Below are positions 56,005 through 64,000 of a stretch of DNA of 64,000 nt, in pieces. The DNA is from Eledone cirrhosa (Eukaryota), in the NCBI GenBank assembly GCA_964016885.1, contig OZ024754.1, positions 14,508,001-14,572,000 of the forward strand, given 5' to 3'. The notes under the pieces are model-generated. The model made no database searches. It saw only the letters and a program-made list of their open reading frames with translations, and had not been told where the DNA came from. The translations under genes were made by a program, and so were the position numbers. Positions within the stretch are counted from its first letter, which is position 1. Each line of letters begins with the position of its first letter.

Positions 56005-57311
56005 GTCTTCACGAACTAAAGTATCATCTTCCTGTTTTCTTTCGGTTACAATGTTTTTCGAAATATTTACTTCTGCGTTCACAGATAGATTTTTTTTAGT
56101 TTCAGAAGATCCCGTTAAGGGTGAAAGCAGCGATTCTTTGCTTAACCTTTAATCTGTTATTTTAATATATATATATAATTATATATTCGTGTACAGATAT
56201 TTTTGCATACACAAAAACAAAATATAAACAAACGTATTTATTTCACGAAAGCACAGCCTTATCATCATTGTTACTGCCGATATGCCACCCAAAAAGTCCT
56301 AGCCTGGCCGCAATATCAGATTTTCCAGAAGAAAAAATGTTACTAGAGCAACAGAGAGACTAAGCTTCGCGATTACCATCAACAAAGCTCAGGGTCAAAC
56401 CCTAAATGTGGCTGGCCTTCATCTGGGAAAACCATGGTCAATTGTATGTAGGATGCTCTATGGTGAGCTCGCCAAACAATCTATTCATCTTTGCTCCCGA
56501 GGGCCGGACAAAAAATATTGTATACTCTGAGGCTCTAGCAATGTAAATTATGTATTTTCTGTTACTTGGAATTTCCATTATGATTGTACAAATTATTGTA
56601 AAGTTTGTTAAAAAATGTGTTCTCTGTTTAACCTTTATTGTTGCAACTATCAATTTTCTTTAACGTACTGGCTGAGAAAAGAAACCTATAATGAAAGAAC
56701 ATCTTAAAGTTTACTCAAGCCAAATGTTGTATTTATTAACATTTCTATCTGCAGGTTCTTAGCAAGCTTACTGGCGCTTTAGTATGGTATTCAATTCTCA
56801 TATCGTTTTTGATTGATTTGGTGCATATATCGCAGCTATTCATATGTTTTAAACATTAGATAACGATTGCTGATGTATATTGTACGACAGAATTAGCTGG
56901 AAAATATTTTGAATGAACAAATAAAAGAGATATAAAAGAGAGATGTTTGTTGGTTGGTTCCTTCGTGTATCACACGAAAAAACACGGAAAGTGACAATCG
57001 GAAAGTATGTACAGGATTGGGATAAGAGTATATCCAGGAAATGTTATTGATACTAATTTTATAACACCAAAGAAGAAGAAAGACATTCCACGTATGCCTA
57101 TGTCTCCGATTCCAACGGTGGATTACACACACACACACACACGAACACTCACACACACACATATATATATATACACAAACACACACAAACATACACACAC
57201 AATACACACACACACTGTAAACAAGACAATGCATTCAATACAGACGTTTTCTCTTCTGCCGGTTTTCTCTTATCATTTGTTAACCCTGGCGAAGCTGGGT
57301 ACCTAAGCTAG
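56005..57311 (+). mobile_element. Internally deleted Helitron with a RepHel helicase C-terminal remnant
   Basis: 56357-56546 reads LSFAITINKAQGQTLNVAGL..HGQLYVGCS..RTKNIVYSEAL (PIF1 motifs V/VI, one frameshift); 3' hairpin CCCTGGC gaa GCTGGG followed by CTAG|T. Confidence 0.9.
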
Positions 57312-57322
57312 TATATATATAT

Positions 57323-57366
<44 letters not shown>

Positions 57367-57829
57367 TAGAAAGAGTTGGGGCGAGACGGCCAAGATTTTG
57401 CCGTTTTGACAGCTATATATATATATATATTAACTTGAAAATAGTCAAATGATTTGGGTAAATTACTCTTGGAAACGGAAAAGGGTGGACAAGACACCCC
57501 AGGGAATCGAATCAGACAACTAACGTATGTTAGATTGGTGCGATAACCGTTACACCTAAGTGATCTGATCAACATTTCACCACTTAATTAGGGGTGTATG
57601 CTATAATGTTGTTTGAGTGGATGTGTCAAGATGTTTATATAATATGCTGTCGTTTGTTTGTGGTTGGATGAGATTCTGGAAAATGTTTTTAGAAATCTTG
57701 TCAAATTCATGAAAAGTTCATTTTGTGTGAGAATTATTACTTCTGGCCGAGTCGGACATGACACGTAAAATAATTGGTTCATATTTCACTTTGCTTAATA
57801 GCAAATAATAGACGTTAGAACCTCCGATA

Positions 57830-58336
57830 AATTCTTGGCAGTATTTGTTCAGACTCTCTGCCCTTTCTGAGTTAAAATCCCACCGAGTTTAGCTTTACCT
57901 TTCATTCTTAAGGAGTAAATACCAGTAATGCACTGGAGTCGATACAATCGAGTATGCTCGCTCCCAAAATTGCTGGCTTTGTGCCTAAATCAGTAACCGA
58001 GGTTAACTTTGCCTTTCATCCTTACGGGGTCGATAAAATAAAGTACCAGTAATGCATTGGGGTAATTGCTGGCCTTGTGCCAAAAGTAGAAACAATTATT
58101 ATTATTATTATTATTAAGGGCGGTGGATTGGCATTATCGGTAGAGGGTCTGTCGCCATGCTTTGCAGCATAGAGTTACGTCCCTTTACGGTCTGAGTTCA
58201 AATCCCGCCGAGGTTAACTTTACCTTTCATCTTTACGGGGTGGATAAAATAAAGTACCAGTCACGCACTGGGGTCGATTTAATCGACTTTCCCCTTCACC
58301 CAAAATTGCTGGCCTTGTGCCTATATAAGAAACCAT
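57830..58336 (+). mobile_element. Three tandem SINE family 1 copies
   Basis: Diverged 57830-57995, partial 57997-58095 and full-length 58118-58336. Confidence 0.88.
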
Positions 58337-58480
58337 TATAACTGTTATTTATTGTCTTCACGTGTTGCCATGAGAGTACACATTTAACAGAGCTCCCGCT
58401 ACGAAAGGAATTTTATTTGTATTACTATATCAAATAAGCTTTATATTTTGTTTCTTTTCCTTTTGTTGTGGGCCACTTAC

Positions 58481-58562
58481 AGAAATGTTTGAACTTGGAT
58501 TTATTCAGATTCTGCTCCATTTCGGGGGTAAACGAAAGATTCAGTTCTTTACTTTCTTTCAT
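58481..58562 (-). CDS. Candidate 82-nt exon (phase 0-1)
   Basis: TAATTACAG|MKESKELNLSFTPEMEQNLNKSKFKHF+t|GTAAGT; open frame and consensus donor. Confidence 0.55.
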
Positions 58563-58653
58563 CTGTAATTATTATTATTATTATTTTTTTCTGGCAGGCG
58601 GCCATTTGCATTTTTTCTTCGCTGATTTTCCTGCCAGATTTTTTTTTTTGTTT

Positions 58654-58687
<34 letters not shown>

Positions 58688-59342
58688 TAAAAAGTGAAAA
58701 GCAAAAGAAAAGAAAAAGCCTACGATATGACAGATGGACAAACCGACAGAAGTGTGAACACGAACAGTCGCACATTAAAAACTAAAAGAAAATATTGTAG
58801 AAAATGTAATATTGAACAACATAAACTGTATGAATGGTCGTAGAAGCAGTGAGATTGTAGCGGCCATATTGCTGACATCGCTGAAGATACTCTCACAAAT
58901 CATTAACTTTAATGGTTTCTAATTTAGACACAAGGCCAACCAATTTAGGAGAAGGGAAAGTTGATTAAATCGACCCCAGTATTTTACCGATGTTAGAGGC
59001 GAGGGGGAGTGAAAGGCAAATTTATTTGTGACAGGATTTGAACTCATAACGTAAAAACCGGAATAAATACTGCAAAACATTTAGTCCCATGTTCTAACTT
59101 CTTGGCCAATTCACCAACATTAATAATTGTTTCTACATTTGGCACAAGGCCAGCAATTACCCACTACTCTATGCTGCCAACATTAATAATAGCAGTAGCA
59201 ACAACGTAGGTATTAACAGTAACAACAATATCAACAAAAGAACATTATTTTTGTTATTTGTTAGCGTTTTGACACGTGAAGCATCGTGGCCGAAGTACAT
59301 TGCAAGAGAGGGTAGCTCTGGTAATATCGTTTTTGTTGTGAA

Positions 59343-59537
59343 GGAACGTAGCTTAGTGATTAGAGAATTGGATTCGGAATCGTAAGTTTGCGAGTTCGAG
59401 TCCCGGACCGAGTGATGTGTTATGTCCTTCAGTAAGACACTTCATTTCACGTGCTTCTTTCTTCCAGAAGTTGTGACCAGTAGATAGTATCAGCAATGGA
59501 AAGAACAATGGAAACATTGTTTCCTTGGTCCGATTTT
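59343..59537 (+). mobile_element. tRNA-derived SINE, family 2
   Basis: A-box-like TAGCTTAGTGA and B box GAGTTCGAGTCCC; homologous to 232-430. Confidence 0.75.
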
Positions 59538-60089
59538 CATCCTAGTAAACCATTAAAAAGTCCAACAACCACACTGTCTTTGGAACTATTTTGTTAGACC
59601 CCATTACACACTCTGTTTCGACACTTCTTTTTCCTCGTAACTCCCGATGAAGTAACAGAGTAACACCGGATTGACGGTATTTCTAGTGTGTATTTAAACA
59701 TGGCGGAACCTATTTTCTCTCCAGGCCCGAATACAGCAGATGTCGTCCGGAGAAGGATAGAGAGAGTGAGAGAATGGAACTTAGAATGAGATATAAAGAA
59801 AGAATCGACCCAGTATTGGACTGGTACTTTTTTTTAATCGACCTTGATTTAAAAGGATTTGCACTCAGAGAGTAGAGAGTAGAAAGCCAAAATGAATACC
59901 GCAAATCATTTCATCTGACGTTCTAACGACTCTGTCAATACGCCGCCATGTTTCCACACTAAAATATCTAAAAACAACAAAAGAATGGTTAAAGGGAACC
60001 TAATAGGAGTTTATCTGCGAGGAATAACCATACGTAAAACCCAAAACAATATAGTATGACTAATTATTTATAACTATATATGATTAATG

Positions 60090-60486
60090 AGGGTGGTGGA
60101 TTGGTGCTTTGCAGCATAGAGTTACGGCCCTTTATAATCTGAGTCCAAATCCCGCCGAGGTTAACTTTGCCTTTCATCCTTACGGGGTCGATAAAATAAA
60201 GTAGCAGTCACGCACTGGGGTCGATTTAATCGACTTGCCCCTCCGCCAAAATTGCTGCCCTTGTGCCTATATAAGAAACCACTATATATGATTAATAGTT
60301 ATTTCTACTTTAGGCACAAGGCCAACAATTACCCAGTGTATTACTGGTACTTTATTTTATCGACCCCGTAAGGATGAAAGGCAAAATTAACCTCGGCGGG
60401 ATTTGAACTCAGAATGGCAAGGGCCGTAACTCTATGCGTCAAAGCAAGGCGTCCGACCCTCTACCAATACTGCCAATCCACCGCCC
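60090..60486. mobile_element. Tail-to-tail SINE family 1 pair
   Basis: Plus copy 60090-60280 and minus copy 60299-60486; shared flank ACTATATATGATTAAT. Confidence 0.9.
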
Positions 60487-60709
60487 TAAAACATACTTGG
60501 AAGATGGTTTGTTTGGTATAGATACACTGGAGCGTTGCATAGTTTGATGGACAATAAACAGTACTAATAACAACAAATACAACACTATATATGATTAATA
60601 GTGTTGTATTTGTTGTTATTGTTGTTATTAGTAGTGTTTATTGTCCATCAAACTATGCAACGCTCCAGTGTATCTATACCAAACAAACAATCTTCCAAGT
60701 ATGTTTTAG
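60486..60709. repeat. ~100-bp-arm fold-back
   Basis: CTAAAACATACTTGGAAG...CTTCCAAGTATGTTTTAG. Confidence 0.9.
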
Positions 60710-60842
60710 CAGTTCCTTTTTCGTAGTAACACAGTTATACACCCAAACACGTATATACACAACTGCACAGGTACAGATCAAGGCAGACTAACACGATAGA
60801 CGCGCACACAAATATACAGACATCACAAAAGTTTTACCTCAC

Positions 60843-60907
60843 CGTTAAGATAGACAAAATGAAGGTTTTGTAGTTGGTAAGATAGCGGTAATCTTGTTTG
60901 TAACCAT
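60843..60907 (-). CDS. Candidate 65-nt exon (phase 1-0)
   Basis: TTATTTCTCAG|at [21 protein letters not shown]|GTGAGG. Confidence 0.5.
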
Positions 60908-60972
60908 CTGAGAAATAACGCCCAAATGAAAGGTTGCACGCGTACTCTCTCTCTCTCTCTATATATATATAT

Positions 60973-61066
<94 letters not shown>

Positions 61067-61123
61067 AGTGAATTTCCAACCGATAAGGTATGATTTTCAT
61101 GGGTACATCTCTATTTATATATA

Positions 61124-61186
<63 letters not shown>

Positions 61187-61240
61187 ATGTTTGTGTGTAT
61201 GCAAGTATGTATATATATATCTGCATACATACACACACAC

Positions 61241-61283
<43 letters not shown>

Positions 61284-61358
61284 ATATGTATATATGTGTA
61301 TATATATGATATATGTATATGTATATACATATATATATATATACATATATATATATAA

Positions 61359-61429
<71 letters not shown>

Positions 61430-61569
61430 CTAATAAGTTGGATATATAAACCCTAGAGACGGAAAACATTCGTCGTTTTGTACAAATTTGTTCCGTCTCC
61501 AGGGTTTGTATACCCATCTTATTTGACTAGTTTACATATCAAACAACGTTGGTTAAGTCTTCTATCTAA

Positions 61570-61601
<32 letters not shown>

Positions 61602-61609
61602 TATATATA

Positions 61610-61799
61610 TAGGAAATGAGTCAGGAACCCAACGGCTGAGCCCCGCGCGTTTCGACAGCTAGATTTGAACTAGCTGTCGAAACGGCCGGAGCACAACCGT
61701 TGGGTTCTTGACTCTTTTCCTATTACCCACTCTCTACTACCCTAAGTATTGAGTACTCTGGTGCGTAATGGTCCACCTGGTATCTTACCACACCCTCTT

Positions 61800-61801
<2 letters not shown>
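61610..61801 (+). mobile_element. Short fold-back element in (TA)n retaining an HHR 3' half
   Basis: Hairpin 61610-61722 around CTAG atttgaa CTAG containing CGAAACG(G/C)(C/G)CG. Confidence 0.6.
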
Positions 61802-61848
<47 letters not shown>

Positions 61849-61984
61849 ATATTAATTTTCTAATATTTAATATCAATTTTTAAGAAAATTGATATTAAAA
61901 CTCTAATTCGTGGGGGAGTACTTCATTCTCTCAGCCGTCAACTACACACACACACACGCACCCCCCCCCACACTCTCCCCTCCC

Positions 61985-62034
<50 letters not shown>

Positions 62035-62193
62035 TATAAATATACACGGGTGTGTATGATTGTGTATAGAAGATTATATTAATAAAAGGAATTCAAACTT
62101 TGTCTGATTTACTCGTTTTATTTACAATCCTTTAAAATTATAATGATATTATAATGAAATAGTATGGTAGAATATTAAATGTTAAATGTTAAT

Positions 62194-62232
62194 TGAACAA
62201 GTACTTTCATGCTTTCGCAATCTTCAGGTTCA
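62194..62232 (-). ncRNA. Minimal type I hammerhead ribozyme (family A)
   Basis: Identical to 1260-1298. Confidence 0.8.
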
Positions 62233-62294
62233 TATTCAGTGGTGACAGTCAAGTTTGCAATTTTCAACTGTAATGAGATGGCTAAAATCTGTGC

Positions 62295-62392
62295 CTTATA
62301 TACAGTAAAAAGAGGCTACAGAATGCTAAGTTTTGCAAACTGTATTTCGACCAATCGGTGTGTGGTTTCACTAGATTACTAAAGCTGATTGG
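62295..62392 (-). promoter_or_regulatory. Putative Pol II promoter of the PLE pLTR
   Basis: Minus-strand TATATAAG at 62302-62295 and CCAAT boxes at 62351-62355 and 62388-62392; the TATA box lies ~32 nt upstream of the 5' end of the short family A copy. Confidence 0.55.
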
Positions 62393-62721
62393 TTTAGTCA
62401 TCACGGTTTGTTGAGCATCACTTTTATTATTATTATTGTTGTTGTTGTTGTTAATGTGGGTAGTCGACATGGTCGTAGGCGTAGTCATAGTAGAAGTAAT
62501 ACTCCTAAGCATTATTATTGTTCATTTAGCTTGGGTTGGAATTTATCAATAAAATTATTTTCTTTAATTTTTCTCTTGATTTCACTTGGGCTGTGTAGTT
62601 TGTAGAATGGAAATATTATAAATATTTTCTCCTCCAAGACTTTTCAATGTACTTTCTAAATTCAGTGCTATATTTTCCTCTATTTCTTGGTAGAGTTGTA
62701 TCCCTTTATATCCCATCGCTG

Positions 62722-63112
62722 GGAGAAGTGATTCCCACCAGATTCACAGTGCCATTTATATTAGACGCAGTCAGACTTATTCTGGAAAACAACACATTCT
62801 TCTTCAATGGAAAGAATTACATCCAAATTAGAGGCACAGCGATGGGAACGAAGTTTGCTCCCGTTTACGCGAACTTTCTAAAGGGATACTTAGAACAACA
62901 ACTCTACCAAGAAATAGAGGAAAAATATAGCACTGAATTTACAAAGTACATTGAAAAGTCTTGGAAGAGATACCTTGACGACTGTTCCATCATCTGGACA
63001 GAATCTCTAGATTCTCTGAATGAGTTCAATATTCTCCTGAATAACCTACACCCATCTCTCCAATTTACAAAAGAGATGAGTAGTACCAAATTACCATTCC
63101 CAGATATAGTTG
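62722..63112 (+). pseudogene. Penelope-like reverse transcriptase fragment (Naiad/Neptune-like)
   Basis: Open frame missed by the ORF track: IPTRFTVPFILDAVRLILENNTFFFNGKNYIQIRGTAMGTKFAPVYANF...WKRYLDDCSIIW...[24 protein letters not shown]. Confidence 0.92.
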
Positions 63113-64000
63113 TATTGGTGGTGGTGGTAGTTGTGGTAGTTGTGTTGGTGGTGGTGGTGATTGTCGTAGTTGTGTTGGTGGTGGTGGTGGTTGTGGTAGT
63201 TGTGTTGGTGGTGGTGGTCGTCGTTGTAGTGGTGGTGGTAGTTGTGGTAGTTGTGTTGGTGGTGGTGGTAGTTGTAGTAGTTGTGTTGGTGGTGGTGGTC
63301 GTCATTGTAGTGGTGGTGGTAGTTGTGGTAGTTGTGTTGGTGGTGGTGGTGGTCGTCGTTGTAGTGGTGGTGGTAGTTGTGGTAGTAGTGCTGGTGGTTG
63401 TAGTTGTGGTAGTTGTGTTGGTGGTGGTAGTTGTGTTGGTGGTGGTTGTGGTAGTTGTGTTGGTGGTTGTGGTCGTCGTTGTAGTGGTGGTTGTAGTTGT
63501 GGTAGTTGTGTTGGTGGTGGTGGTAGTTGTGGTAGTTGTGTTGGTGGTGGTTGTAGTTGTGGTAGTTGTGTTGGTGGTGGTGGTAGTTGTGGTAGTTGTG
63601 TTGGTGGTGCTGGTAGTTGTGGTAGTTGTGTTGGTGGTGGTTGTAGTTGTGGTAGTTGTGTTGGTGGTGGTGGTAGTTGTGGTAGTTGTGTTGGTGGTGC
63701 TGGTAGTTGTGGTAGTTGTGTTGGTGGTGGTTGTAGTTGTGGTAGTTGTGTTGGTGGTGGTGGTAGTTGTGGTAGTTGTGTTGGTGGTGCTGGTAGTTGT
63801 GGTAGTTGTGTTGGTGGTGGTGGTGGTTGTGTTAGTGGTGGTGGTAGTTGTGGTAGTTGTGTTGGTGGTGGTGGTAGTTGTGGTAGTTGTGTTGGTGGTG
63901 GTGGTGGTTGTGGTAGTGGTGGTGGTAGTTGTAGTAGTTGTGTTGGTGGTAGTGGTAGTTGTGGTAGTTGTGTTGGTGGTGGTGGTGGTTGTGGTAGCTG
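63108..64000. repeat. GT-rich 30-bp minisatellite (TTGGTGGTGGTGGTAGTTGTGGTAGTTGTG)
   Basis: Directly visible; truncates the RT fragment. Confidence 0.92.

Larger units (their letters stand above)
62044..62720 (-). mobile_element. Penelope-like element 3' end: GIY-YIG C-terminus, 3'UTR/promoter, family A pLTR and (TA)n
   Basis: 62631-62515 encodes EKIFIIFPFYKLHSPSEIKRKIKENNFIDKFQPKLNEQ* (R..KE..FI..F.P.LN ending of PLE endonucleases). Confidence 0.82.

Noticed and set aside
62270-62514. SECIS element in the PLE 3'UTR
   Set aside because: No convincing AUGA/AA/GA stem-loop seen by eye, and no in-frame TGA in the retained coding pieces.

Overview
Eukaryotic, repeat-dominated genomic DNA. The SINE families and extreme (TA)n/(CA)n/(TATG)n microsatellite density most resemble an octopod cephalopod; this is inference. 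Nearly all ORFs in the supplied track are microsatellite or satellite artefacts. Real content: (1) many unrelated short elements embedded in (TA)n tracts that carry type I hammerhead ribozymes (HHRs), often with palindromic stem III and 5' fold-back hairpins. One family is physically linked at 62.0-63.1 kb to Penelope-like element (PLE) RT and GIY-YIG coding remnants and a CCAAT/TATA promoter. (2) Decayed LINEs of the R4/Dong-like, RTE and L1/Tx1-like types, plus an RTE-tailed ~610-bp non-autonomous element. (3) About 20 copies of a tRNA-derived SINE and a second SINE family. (4) Helitrons and MITEs. (5) Two satellites with higher-order structure, one born inside an RTE ORF. (6) Four phase-compatible candidate exons of an unidentified minus-strand host gene. 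(7) A 200-N assembly gap. All structures were read by eye; no folding or database search was run, and repeat boundaries are approximate.
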